From NCBI GenBank assembly GCA_039794085.1, contig JBDIWC010000001.1, positions 64,001 to 128,000 of the forward strand: DNA of 64,000 nucleotides, written 5' to 3'. Of the stretch, positions 49,970 through 59,434 are shown piece by piece. The notes beneath the pieces are model-generated. The model saw only the letters and a program-made list of their open reading frames with translations. It did not search any database and had not been told where the DNA came from. Source of the DNA: Gemmatimonadales bacterium (lineage in GTDB: Bacteria > Gemmatimonadota > Gemmatimonadetes > Gemmatimonadales > GWC2-71-9). Position 1 is the stretch's first letter. Every line of letters begins with the position of its first letter. The position numbers and the translations under genes were made by a program.

Positions 49970-50895
49970 ACCAGGATCCCGATCGGCCACTCCGGCTCCG
50001 ACTCGTGGTGACCCTCCTGGCGCCGGTGACGGTCATGTCCGTAGCGGTGGCCTTCCGTCTCGGCGGGGGCGTCGCGTTTCTCGTCGTGATCCCTCTGGGG
50101 ATCCTGGTCGGCCTCGGCCTCTCGGTACTTCTCTGGAAAACCATCAGCGGAGCCAGCCTGGCGTTCATCCGGACCCTCTTCAGCACCGGCGGCCCTCCTC
50201 CCCCTCCCCCCACGTCCCACATCGAAGCCCTCGAGGTCCGGGGGAGCTACGGTGAGGCCAGCCTCGCCTGGGCCGACCACTGCGCCCGATACCCCCACGA
50301 CACCCGCAGCCATCTGGCCTGGAGCCGACTCGTCTGGCGCCACGAGCGAGATTCGTCCCGCGCCATGGACATTGTCCTCTCCGCCCGGCGGGGAGCCCGA
50401 TCACCCGACGACCAGGATGCCGTCTCCAATGCACTCCTCGATCTGTCGGAGGCCACGGGAGATCGGGGCCGGTGGATGACGGAGCTGGCCCGGTTTGCGG
50501 CGCGCCACCCGGACGACCGGGCGGGCCACGCCGCACGGGACGCGTTGGCGCGGGCCCGCGCAGAGCACGGGGAGAACTGGCGCTATTTCGGGACTCGCGA
50601 GGTCCTGGAGGCCCGCGCCTGGGCCGCCGAAGGAGGCATCGCGCTCCACGAGAATCTCTTCCCGTCGGGAGGACGACGCACCGCGCATCTCCTGGCTCGC
50701 GATGAGTCCGCCCTGGTGGCCGCGGCCGTCTCCGTCGGCTGCGACCCCGCCTGGATCCAGCGAACCCGAACCCTCCACTTCGACCTGGTCCATCCCATGC
50801 TGACCCGTGCGCTGCACAAGTGCGGCGTCGATCCGGTCGCGCCGCCGCGGCGCACGAGCCAACTCCCCCCGACAGAACCGGCTACTGCACGGTGA
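49963..50895 (+). CDS. Membrane protein with helical repeat and C-terminal DUF4031-like domain
   Basis: Two TMs, helical middle, AHLL...WIQ...HFDL. Confidence 0.55.
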   Translation: MVNQDPDRPLRLRLVVTLLAPVTVMSVAVAFRLGGGVAFLVVIPLGILVGLGLSVLLWKTISGASLAFIRTLFSTGGPPPPPPTSHIEALEVRGSYGEASLAWADHCARYPHDTRSHLAWSRLVWRHERDSSRAMDIVLSARRGARSPDDQDAVSNALLDLSEATGDRGRWMTELARFAARHPDDRAGHAARDALARARAEHGENWRYFGTREVLEARAWAAEGGIALHENLFPSGGRRTAHLLARDESALVAAAVSVGCDPAWIQRTRTLHFDLVHPMLTRALHKCGVDPVAPPRRTSQLPPTEPATAR

Positions 50896-52033
50896 AGGGG
50901 AGGCTCCACCGCGTGTAGTCCCAGCTCAGGACGAGGGTTCCGCTCCGGCCTTCGCCCGGCTCCACCGCGATCGTGAAGGTCTCGACCGGCTCCCCGAGCT
51001 GTTCCACCTGGAGCGGGAGATGCACCAGATCCTGCGACGCATCGTACTCCGTACCCCACTGACCGGTTTGCCGGTTCACGATCAGGGTCGCTCCCTCTGC
51101 CGTGGGAATCGAAAAGAGCGTGTACATCCCCGCCGGAATGGTATGTTCTCCCACCCGCACGGCACGGGAGAGTCGGAACTGGGTCGCCGCGTTGGCACCC
51201 GTCCGCCAGACCTCCCCGAACGGAACGACTCGGCCGAAGATGTCCCGGCCCCGTTTCGAGGGCCGGCCGTAGTCCACCATGATCTCGGCTCCGGCCACGG
51301 TGGCTTCCACCGTGTCCCGCCCCGACAGCACCACCTGCCCCTGGCTCTGGCGCTGGCGCTCCAGGAACGCTGACTCGACAGCATCCAGGTCCAGATCAGG
51401 GAGACGGGTCGTCGTGGTTTGCATCGTGGTGTGACCGCCGTCCGTCCCCAGCACCCGGCCCTCGGCATCCACCCGGATCATGAGGGGACTCCCGAAGGTC
51501 AGGATCGACACGGAGTCGGGAGACGTGCGCACCACGGCATTGGGCGATGCCCGGCGGGCTCCCAGGGAGATGAGCGCCACCGGGAACGAGTCGGAGCGCG
51601 CCCGGGCGGCGAGACGCGTGATGAACTCCTGAAGTCCGGCGACTTGGGAAATCGACGGGGCCACAACTCCATTCACCGGGATCTGGGTGGTGTCCGCCCG
51701 TTCCCCTTGGGAAACCACGGACACGGCCACCGTGTCCTCCACGGTGAGTGTCACGTCCCGGGGAGGCCGTGTGGTGTCGCCGGGTACCGTGATGCGAGCC
51801 GTGAAATACCTCAGATCCCCCTCGGGTCCCACCTCACCCCGGTACTCCGTGCGCTGGGTCACCGGGACCCGCTGCACCACCTGACCCTCGAATCCCGAGG
51901 CGGTCCATGTTATTGTTTCAGCGGTCAGGGTGTCCTGGCCCAGAAGGGTCAGGAACGCCGCGTGGTCCCCGGCAGCGGGGGTGCCGGTGCAGGCGGCCAG
52001 TACGGTGAAGAGCAGGAGGAACGGTATACGCAT
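50882..52033 (-). CDS. DUF2911 domain lipoprotein
   Basis: Lipobox LAAC; C-terminal VDYGRPSKRGR, WRTGANAAT, YTLFSIP, QWG. Confidence 0.85.
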   Translation of the reverse strand: MRIPFLLLFTVLAACTGTPAAGDHAAFLTLLGQDTLTAETITWTASGFEGQVVQRVPVTQRTEYRGEVGPEGDLRYFTARITVPGDTTRPPRDVTLTVEDTVAVSVVSQGERADTTQIPVNGVVAPSISQVAGLQEFITRLAARARSDSFPVALISLGARRASPNAVVRTSPDSVSILTFGSPLMIRVDAEGRVLGTDGGHTTMQTTTTRLPDLDLDAVESAFLERQRQSQGQVVLSGRDTVEATVAGAEIMVDYGRPSKRGRDIFGRVVPFGEVWRTGANAATQFRLSRAVRVGEHTIPAGMYTLFSIPTAEGATLIVNRQTGQWGTEYDASQDLVHLPLQVEQLGEPVETFTIAVEPGEGRSGTLVLSWDYTRWSLPFTVQ

Positions 52034-52229
52034 GGCATCCTCGGAAATGGGACTGAGCTGAGCGGGTCCATCCGAGGGCCGGACGGACTCGATGACGATC
52101 GGATGCATGGAAACTACCGGACGGTACCCTGCGTAGGGAACCCCAAGGGTACTTTTCCCCGGCGGGGTGTGTATGCGCACCGCAGAGAGGGCGTCCCCTC
52201 AAGTGACTCCCCAGCCCCAGAGACGGCAG

Positions 52230-52961
52230 ATGCTTTCTCTTTTTCATGAGGTTCACACCCTGTCCAAGCCGACCGTTCTGGCCGCCTTGGTCAGCCTCGG
52301 CTGCCATGTCGCCCTGTTCGGGATGATCTTCGTCGGGATCACCGCCGACACCACCGAGCGGAATGAGCGGATGATGGAATTCGTCACCTACCTGGTGCCG
52401 CCCGACCAGGTCCGGGGGGGGGACCAGTCCGGAGCCGGGAGCATCGCGTGGGAGGGAGTCGGCCAGGGAGGGGGGGGAGAGGGCGACACACCCGGAATCA
52501 CCGAGGGCACCGGGCCCGCGGGCCCTGCAACCGCCCCCGAGGCCGGGGGAGGCCCCCCGGACGACGGACCGACCCTGCAGGAGCTCCTCGCCGCCATCGC
52601 GGGCGACTCCATCCACACCCAGCTCGATGTGGACAGCACGGTGGCTCGGTACCCCGGGAGCGCCGCGCCAGCTTACCCCCCCAATCTTCTGGCCGAACAG
52701 ATCGAAGGAAGCGCCTTCGTCCTCTACGTGGTGGACACAACCGGCCTGGTGGACACCTCGTCGGTCAAGGTCATCAGGACCACTCATCCTGATTTCGTCA
52801 CCGCGGTCAAGGCGGCCCTTCCCGACATGCTCTTCCGACCCGCCATTCTCCGCGGGACCAAGGTTCGGCAACTCGTCCAGCAGTCCTTCGCTTTCAGGAT
52901 AACTCCTCCCACTCCCCCGGCCCCACAGCGTCCTCCGGATTCGCTTCCCCCCACCGTCTGA
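52230..52961 (+). CDS. TonB family energy transducer (TonB_C)
   Basis: TM with SLGCH, Gly/Pro linker, PAYP...VVDTTGLVD...FRPA...VRQLVQQSF. Confidence 0.8.
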   Translation: MLSLFHEVHTLSKPTVLAALVSLGCHVALFGMIFVGITADTTERNERMMEFVTYLVPPDQVRGGDQSGAGSIAWEGVGQGGGGEGDTPGITEGTGPAGPATAPEAGGGPPDDGPTLQELLAAIAGDSIHTQLDVDSTVARYPGSAAPAYPPNLLAEQIEGSAFVLYVVDTTGLVDTSSVKVIRTTHPDFVTAVKAALPDMLFRPAILRGTKVRQLVQQSFAFRITPPTPPAPQRPPDSLPPTV

Positions 52962-53055
52962 CGGCCCAACCCGGCACCCTTCGCCTCCACCGGTCACGAC
53001 CTTACAATTGGGGGAATCCACCCTGATCCCGCGAGAACCGACCCCAAGGCGGCCC

Positions 53056-53838
53056 GTGACCCACACTATCGATCTGAACGCGGACCTGGGAGAAGGCGCG
53101 GGCCCCGGCCGTCTCGCCACGGATGCGGCGCTCCTCCCCCTCGTGAGCAGTGCCAACATCGCGTGCGGCGCTCACGCCGGAGACCCCCTCCTCATGGCCG
53201 AGGTCCTCACCCTGGCCCGGCACCACGGAGTGACTGCCGGAGCTCACCCGGGGTACCCCGACCGCACCGGCTTCGGCCGACGTGAGCTCGGCGCATCGGC
53301 CCCGGAGATCGTCATCGAGGTGCTCGCCCAGGTCGGCTCCCTCCGCGCCCTCGGCCGACACGTCGGCCATCCGATGCGGTATCTCAAACCCCATGGAGCC
53401 CTCTATCATCGGCTGGGACGGGACCAGGAGACCGCTCGCGCTCTGGCCACGGCCCTGGCCGCCCTCTGGCCTGACCTGGTCGTGCTGACCACCGCCGTCG
53501 GCGTCCTCGCCCGGGAAGCCAGGGAGGCGGGGCTCCGAGTGGCCCGCGAGGCCTTCCTCGATCGGGGCTACCAGCCGGATGGGACCCTGGTGCCTCGCGG
53601 GAACGCGGGAGACCTGCTCCACGATCCCACCCTCGTGGCCGATCGCGCGGAGCGAATCGTGTGTGATCGAACAGTGGAGACGGGGGAGGGAACCCGCATC
53701 CCCCTGCAGGCCGATTCCCTCTGTGTTCATGGGGACGGGCCCGCCGCCGTGGCCCTGCTCGAGGCGGTGCGCACGCGGTTCGCTCAGAGGGGCATCACGG
53801 TGGCATCCTTCGCCCCCTCCGCCACGTTCCCCTCGTGA
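53056..53838 (+). CDS. pxpA: 5-oxoprolinase subunit A (LamB/YcsF)
   Basis: IDLNADLGEG, SANIACGAHAGD, KPHGALY, CVHGD. Confidence 0.93.
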   Translation: MTHTIDLNADLGEGAGPGRLATDAALLPLVSSANIACGAHAGDPLLMAEVLTLARHHGVTAGAHPGYPDRTGFGRRELGASAPEIVIEVLAQVGSLRALGRHVGHPMRYLKPHGALYHRLGRDQETARALATALAALWPDLVVLTTAVGVLAREAREAGLRVAREAFLDRGYQPDGTLVPRGNAGDLLHDPTLVADRAERIVCDRTVETGEGTRIPLQADSLCVHGDGPAAVALLEAVRTRFAQRGITVASFAPSATFPS

Positions 53839-54470
53839 TCCTCGCTCCTCTCGGCGACTCGGCCCTCACCATCACCGTGGCCGACCGGATCTCGCCCGAG
53901 GCCATCCGGCGCGTCCATTCCCTCACGGCGTCCCTCCGCAGCGCTGCCATACCGGGCATTCAGGATGTGGTGCCGGCCTACACCGGCCTGGCCGTTTTCT
54001 ACGACCCGCTCCATCTCGACTACAGCGACCTCGCCGGCGTCATTCGCGGGCAGTGGTCGGACACCAACTCCGCGATACAGGACATTCCCCCCCGCTCGTG
54101 GACTATCCCCGTCACCTACGACGGCCCCGACCTCCCCGCGGTGGCGAAAGCGACCGGACTCTCGATGGAGGAGGTCGTCGCCCGGCACAGCGACCGGTGG
54201 TACGACGTCTACTTCCTCGGGTTCGTCCCGGGCTTTGCCTACCTGGGCCCCCTCGATCCCGCCCTGGTCCTCCCCCGTCGCGACACGCCGCGCCCGCGGG
54301 TCCCCGCGGGGAGCGTGGCCATCGGCGGGGCCCAGACCGCGGTGTACCCTCTCGTCACCCCGGGGGGGTGGCACCTGATCGGCCGCACCGACACGCGTCT
54401 CTTCGACCCCGCGAGCGAGGAGCCGGCCCGGCTGGCCGCCGGCGATCGCGTCCGGTTCCTGCCCACGTGA
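53835..54470 (+). CDS. pxpB: 5-oxoprolinase subunit B
   Basis: PLGDSAL, GFVPGFAYL, GSVAIGG, PGGWHLIGRT. Confidence 0.93.
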   Translation: MILAPLGDSALTITVADRISPEAIRRVHSLTASLRSAAIPGIQDVVPAYTGLAVFYDPLHLDYSDLAGVIRGQWSDTNSAIQDIPPRSWTIPVTYDGPDLPAVAKATGLSMEEVVARHSDRWYDVYFLGFVPGFAYLGPLDPALVLPRRDTPRPRVPAGSVAIGGAQTAVYPLVTPGGWHLIGRTDTRLFDPASEEPARLAAGDRVRFLPT

Positions 54471-55426
54471 GCCTCACTGTCGTTGACCCGCCTCCGTGGG
54501 CCACGATCCAGGACACCGGCCGTCCCGCGGTTCGCCATGCCGGGGTCCCTCCGTCCGGGGCCATGGACCCCGACGCCCTCGCCCTCGTCAACCTCGCCCT
54601 CGGGAACCGCGCCGAGGCCGCCGCTCTGGAATGGGCCCTCGGCCCGGGTACGCTCCGGGCCGGATCACCCCTCACGATATGTTGCAGCGGCTCGCACCCC
54701 CTTACCACCATCGACCACAACCCCCTCCCACCCTGGACCACCCGGTCGGTGCCGGCGGGAGCCACCCTGACTCTGGCACCCCCGGCTCCCGAACGGTTCG
54801 CCTACCTCGCCGTGCGCGGCGGCCTGGACGTGCCTCCGGTTCTCGGCAGCCGCTCCACCTATCTGCCCGGAGCCTTCGGCGGACACCAGGGTCGCCTCCT
54901 CCGCCGCGGGGATGAGATCCCCACCGGAGCCCCACCGAAGCACCACGCGGATCCATTCACCATCCCCCCCATCCTGCGACCCCGGGGGGATGAACCCATC
55001 CAGCTTCTGCGGGGACCCGATGCCTCCTGCCTCTCGAACGAGCAATGGAGCACCCTCGTCGACAGCGAATGGAAAGTGGGCCCCGCGAGTGATCGGACCG
55101 GACTCCGGCTCGTGGGTCCCTCCCTTCCTCCCATCCTCGCGGACGACTTTCCCTCCGCCCCCGTGTGCCCCGGGACCGTCCAGATGCCTCCGGGGGGCTC
55201 TCCCGTGGTTCTCATGCCCGACGGACCCACCATCGGGGGATACCCTCGGGTGGCCGTGGTGATCAGCACCGATCTCGGCCGCCTGGCCCTGACCCCGCCC
55301 GGACGTCCGGTCCGGTTCGCCGAGGTGGACATCGAGGAGGCGCAGCGACGGTACCGCCGGAGACGGGTGGACTGGCACACGCTGGAGCACCTCGTTGGCT
55401 TGCACGCCGAGGGAGGATCCGCATGA
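54467..55426 (+). CDS. pxpC: 5-oxoprolinase subunit C
   Basis: TIQDTGR, SGAMD, LGSRST, SDRTG, TIGGYP; GTGA overlap. Confidence 0.9.
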   Translation: MSLTVVDPPPWATIQDTGRPAVRHAGVPPSGAMDPDALALVNLALGNRAEAAALEWALGPGTLRAGSPLTICCSGSHPLTTIDHNPLPPWTTRSVPAGATLTLAPPAPERFAYLAVRGGLDVPPVLGSRSTYLPGAFGGHQGRLLRRGDEIPTGAPPKHHADPFTIPPILRPRGDEPIQLLRGPDASCLSNEQWSTLVDSEWKVGPASDRTGLRLVGPSLPPILADDFPSAPVCPGTVQMPPGGSPVVLMPDGPTIGGYPRVAVVISTDLGRLALTPPGRPVRFAEVDIEEAQRRYRRRRVDWHTLEHLVGLHAEGGSA

Positions 55427-56616
55427 GATGGCCTCGCGTCGGTCCCGGTGCCCTCGTCGCCGCGGCCTTCATCGGGCCCGGCACCGTCACCACCTGCATC
55501 CTGGCGGGGGTCCGCTTTGGCGACGCGCTCCTCTGGGCCCTTCTCTTCGCCACCCTGGCCACGATCATTCTGCAGGAAATGTCCGCCCGGATCGGCACCG
55601 TCGCCGGACTCGGACTCGGCGAGGCCCTCCGATCGCGCCTCCGCACGCCGGGGCTCCGCCTGGGGGCAGCCATCCTGATCACCGCCGCCATCGGCTTCGG
55701 CAATGCCGCCTTCCAGACCGGAAACCTGCTCGGCGCGGCACTCGGGGCGGAACTCCTCCTGGGGGGCTCACTCCGGGGCTGGGCCCTGGCCGTGGCCCTG
55801 GTGGCGGCGGTCCTCCTCTGGCGCGGCAACTACCGGATCATCGAACGGGCCCTCGTGGGTCTCGTGATCCTCATGTCGGGGGTCTTCGTCCTGACCGCCC
55901 TTCGCACCGGGGCCTTTTCTCTGCAGACCCTCGCCCCCCTTCTCACTCCCTCCCTCCCGGAGGGGAGCACCCTCGTGGCCCTGGGTCTGATCGGCACCAC
56001 GGTCGTACCTTACAATCTCTTCCTGCACGCCTCCGCGGCCCGGGAGCGGTTCCACCGCCAGGGAACCCTGACCGACGCCCGGGTCGACCTTCTCATCGCG
56101 ATCGGAGCGGGAGGTCTCGTGAGCATGGCGATCCTCCTCACCGGGGCCCGGGGCGGAGGCGCGGACATCACGTCGGCGGCCGACATGGCCCGGCATCTCG
56201 AACCACTGCTGGGCCGTTGGGCCCGGGGGTTCTTCGCGCTCGGCCTCCTCGCCGCCGGGCTCACCTCCGCCATCACCGCTCCCCTCGCCGCCGCCTGGGC
56301 CGTGGCAGGGGCGTGCGGGTGGGCGGGAGACCTCCGGAGCCCGCGCTTCCGGATGGTGTGGGGGATCGTGCTCGTGACGGGGGCGCTTTTTGCCGCCAGC
56401 GGCGTGCGTCCCGTCCCCGCCATTCTCTTTGCCCAGGCCGCCAACGGGTTGCTTCTCCCGGTCATTGCCCTCTTTCTTCTGGCGACCGCGAATGATCGTA
56501 CCTTGCTGGGCGACGCCCGGAACGGGGTGCTCGCCAACCTGTTCGGATCCGCCATCGTGCTGGTCACCGTGGCTCTGGGACTCCGAGGGCTTCTGGGGGC
56601 CTTCGGAGTCCTCTGA
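55423..56616 (+). CDS. NRAMP-family (YcsG-like) transporter
   Basis: GPGALVAAAFIGPGTVT, QEMSAR, GTTVVPYN; multi-TM; ATGA overlap. Confidence 0.88.
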   Translation: MRWPRVGPGALVAAAFIGPGTVTTCILAGVRFGDALLWALLFATLATIILQEMSARIGTVAGLGLGEALRSRLRTPGLRLGAAILITAAIGFGNAAFQTGNLLGAALGAELLLGGSLRGWALAVALVAAVLLWRGNYRIIERALVGLVILMSGVFVLTALRTGAFSLQTLAPLLTPSLPEGSTLVALGLIGTTVVPYNLFLHASAARERFHRQGTLTDARVDLLIAIGAGGLVSMAILLTGARGGGADITSAADMARHLEPLLGRWARGFFALGLLAAGLTSAITAPLAAAWAVAGACGWAGDLRSPRFRMVWGIVLVTGALFAASGVRPVPAILFAQAANGLLLPVIALFLLATANDRTLLGDARNGVLANLFGSAIVLVTVALGLRGLLGAFGVL

Positions 56617-56673
56617 ACCATCGAGCACGCGCTGACGCGGATCGAGCGAGTGAACCATCCAACGGAGAGTCAC

Positions 56674-58035
56674 ATGACGGCACGGATTGCCATCGTCGGA
56701 GCGGGACCCACCGGCTTCTTCCTGGCCGAACGGCTGCTGAATCAGACCGACGTTCCGGTGGCCGTCGACCTCTTCGAGCGACTCCCCGCCCCGTACGGCC
56801 TGGTCCGCTACGGCGTGGCACCCGACCATGAGAAGATCCGGAACGTCACCCGCGCCTTCGATCGCACCGCCGCCCGCCCCGGTTTCCGCTACGCCGGCCA
56901 TGTGAACATCGGCACCGACCTGAGCCTGGACGACCTGCGCGCCTGCTATGACCAGGTTTGCTTCACCACCGGCGCGCAGACCGATCGCCGCATGGGAATC
57001 CCCGGGGAGGACCTCCGGAACTCGCATCCCGCCACCGAGTTCGTGGCCTGGTACAACGGGCACCCCGAGTTCCGGGACTGCACCTTTCATCTCGGCGCCC
57101 GCCGGGTCGCGGTGATCGGGGTCGGCAACGTCGCGGTGGACGTGGCCCGCATCCTCTGCCGGACGCCGGAGGAACTCGCCTCGACCGACATCGCCGATCA
57201 CGCTCTCGAGGCGCTGGCGACGAGTGAGGTCGAGGAGGTCATGTTGCTGGGACGACGGGGACCGGTCCAGGCCGCCTTCACCACCCCCGAGGTCAAGGAG
57301 CTCGGGGAACTCGCGGGGGCCGACGTCCGGGTCCGACCGGAGGAGGTGACCCTCGACCCCGAGAGTGAGATCGATCTCGCCGCGGGCGACGAGGCCACCC
57401 GGCGCAAGGTGGAGATTCTCCAGGCCTATGCCCATCGCATCCCCACCGGAGCGGCGCGCACTCTCACGCTCCGTTTCCTCGTTTCCCCGGTCGAACTCCT
57501 GGGCGACGACACCGGCGCCGTCCGGGCCATTCGCCTGGTCCGCAATGCCCTGGTGCGGAACCCGGACGGGAGCCTGAGCGCCCGCGCCACCGATGTCGCG
57601 GAGGAGATTCCAGTCGGCCTGGTGTTCCGGTCCGTGGGGTACCGCGGCGTGCCGATTCCGGGGATCCCGTTCGACGAGAAACGAGGAGTGGTGCCCAATG
57701 CGGCGGGACGGGTGCTCGATCCCACAACCGGGGCCCCCCTGCCCCGAACCTACGTGGCGGGATGGATCAAGCGGGGACCGAGCGGGGTGATCGGAACCAA
57801 CAAGCCGTGCGCCGCCGAGACCGCCGCCGCCATGCTGGAGGATCTGCGCTCCGGGTCCCTCTCGCGCGTCACCGGCCCCGACGCGATGGACCTCCTGCGG
57901 GAGCGTGGGGTGAGGTATCTCACCTTTCCCGAATGGGAATCGATCCGGAGCACAGAGGAGGCAAGGGGCAAGGCGGCGGGACGCCCGCGGGTCAAGTTGG
58001 TGGACCCCGCGGAGTATCTCCCCTCTCCGATCTGA
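56674..58035 (+). CDS. Adrenodoxin-reductase-like ferredoxin-NADP+ reductase (FprA-like)
   Basis: IVGAGPTG, PYGLVRYGVAPDH, GVGNVAVDVARIL, GWIKRGPSGVIGTN. Confidence 0.9.
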   Translation: MTARIAIVGAGPTGFFLAERLLNQTDVPVAVDLFERLPAPYGLVRYGVAPDHEKIRNVTRAFDRTAARPGFRYAGHVNIGTDLSLDDLRACYDQVCFTTGAQTDRRMGIPGEDLRNSHPATEFVAWYNGHPEFRDCTFHLGARRVAVIGVGNVAVDVARILCRTPEELASTDIADHALEALATSEVEEVMLLGRRGPVQAAFTTPEVKELGELAGADVRVRPEEVTLDPESEIDLAAGDEATRRKVEILQAYAHRIPTGAARTLTLRFLVSPVELLGDDTGAVRAIRLVRNALVRNPDGSLSARATDVAEEIPVGLVFRSVGYRGVPIPGIPFDEKRGVVPNAAGRVLDPTTGAPLPRTYVAGWIKRGPSGVIGTNKPCAAETAAAMLEDLRSGSLSRVTGPDAMDLLRERGVRYLTFPEWESIRSTEEARGKAAGRPRVKLVDPAEYLPSPI

Positions 58036-58945
58036 GGAGGGGGCGGATGGGAGGGACCGGTTCCACCCGGAGGGAAGCCCACCCGTCGGTTCCGGGGGTT
58101 CCATAGCGCAGGTCCCCGACCCGCCACCCCCCTCCCGGGAGCGGCTCCGCAAAGGGGGCCCGGGCCCAGTCGAACCACGCACGACCCTCGCGGGTGGCTT
58201 CCAATGCGTCGAGAACCTCCACCTCCAGTCCCTTGGGCACGGAATCGATCCAGGCCACGGTCACGGGAAACCCCCGGACACTCCCCCGGATCCACACCCT
58301 GCCCCCGTCCACCAGGATATCCCGTGAGAGTGGACGAAGCGCGAGCGGCACCACGATCACCGGAGCGGCGGCCCCAGCGGGGGCATCGGCCCGCGCCGTG
58401 GTTCGCGCCATTCCCGTCACGCCGAGTTGAGTCGCGATGTACACCGCCGCCAGGGCGAGACCACGGCGCGCCCACTGGATCCCTCGATCCCGACGGCGCG
58501 CCAGGAACCATGTGATGCCAAGGATCAGATAGAGCACCGGATCGATGATGAAGAGGGTGTCCGCCGCGGTCCACGTTCCGTCGAACGGCATGAGCCACCG
58601 CATTCCGTACACGTTCATCCAGTCAAGCAGGGGATGGGTCAGCACCGCCGCGGTGACCAGGACCAGGAGGGGACCGGCGCGCACCGGCTCCCCCTCGGTC
58701 CGGTGCCGCCAGCGTGCCAGCAGGAGAAGTAGTCCGGTCAACAGCAGGGGGAGGATCACCAGGGCCACCACTCCGTGCGTCCATCCTCTCCGGACTCCGA
58801 GCATCGGACCGAGCATCACCGCGAACACGTCGATGTCGGGGAGGTTGGCGCCGATCACTCCCCCCGCGACGGCGAACCGCATCCGCCTTCGGGGGCCGCT
58901 CTCCGCAAGCACCGCTCCCACGAGAGTATGACAGAGAGGATCCAT
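57992..58945 (-). CDS. YdjM/YfhP-like membrane metal-dependent hydrolase
   Basis: MDPLCHTLVG, ANLPDID, RGWTH, HPLLDWMNVYG, FIID. Confidence 0.85.
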   Translation of the reverse strand: MDPLCHTLVGAVLAESGPRRRMRFAVAGGVIGANLPDIDVFAVMLGPMLGVRRGWTHGVVALVILPLLLTGLLLLLARWRHRTEGEPVRAGPLLVLVTAAVLTHPLLDWMNVYGMRWLMPFDGTWTAADTLFIIDPVLYLILGITWFLARRRDRGIQWARRGLALAAVYIATQLGVTGMARTTARADAPAGAAAPVIVVPLALRPLSRDILVDGGRVWIRGSVRGFPVTVAWIDSVPKGLEVEVLDALEATREGRAWFDWARAPFAEPLPGGGWRVGDLRYGTPGTDGWASLRVEPVPPIRPLLRSERGDTPRGPPT

Positions 58946-58987
58946 GAACGCCGCCGCTCCCGGTGGTTGGTCGTCACTGAAACCTAT

Positions 58988-59035
58988 CGTCATCCCCACG
59001 AATGCGGGATCCATCTTGCCGGGCTTCGGGGATGA
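58988..59035. repeat. REP-like palindrome (GTCATCCC...GCGGGATCC type)
   Basis: CGTCATCCCCACGAATGCGGGATCCA; TCATCCCC pairs with GGGGATGA at 59028-59035. Confidence 0.55.
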
Positions 59036-59159
59036 AAATGGGGCTCTTCAGGGTTTCGTGTAGGTGGGGGGCACCTGCACCGTGCAGTCCACAGGCTCTC
59101 AACGCGTTCGTGGGTTGGCTCTCCGTGGTGCTCCGGGTCGTCCGGCGATGAGGAAAATG

Positions 59160-59258
59160 GCCACAAGAGGCACAGAAGGCACAAGAGGCACGCGACTCGG
59201 CAGGAAGGGGCCGATGAACCAGCGACACCTGTTTTGTGTCTCTTGTGCTTTTTGTGGC
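59160..59258 (+). repeat. Inverted pair of tandem 9-mer arrays (CACARRAGG)
   Basis: GCCACAAGAGGCACAGAAGGCACAAGAGGCAC ... TTTTGTGTCTCTTGTGCTTTTTGTGGC. Confidence 0.8.
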
Positions 59259-59330
59259 TGGATCGCGGGGGGTGAGGGGAGGCGCTCCGACCGAACATCA
59301 AGCCACGCCAAGGCCGGAAGAGTCCAAAAC

Positions 59331-59356
59331 GGATTCCCGGGTGCGCGGGAATGACG
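59331..59356. repeat. REP-like palindrome, inverted partner of the 58988 element
   Basis: GGATTCCCGGGTGCGCGGGAATGACG. Confidence 0.6.
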
Positions 59357-59434
59357 GGCATGGTAGGTCCGTCCACCGATCAGAGTGTCCCAATGTATCT
59401 TTCGTCCGGACTCTCGACCCCATCCGGAGCAGAC

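Noticed and set aside
52050..52229. Possible riboswitch upstream of the TonB gene
   Set aside because: Only one simple hairpin (GTACCCT/AGGGTAC); no cobalamin or TPP core motifs recognised
53579..54466. Apparent long N-terminal extension of pxpC (similar cases for rplI, NRAMP, SPOR and SpoIID ORFs)
   Set aside because: Open frames overlapping the upstream genes; real starts lie at the stop/start junctions
55768..58182. 804-aa minus-strand ORF
   Set aside because: Shadow of the NRAMP and reductase genes
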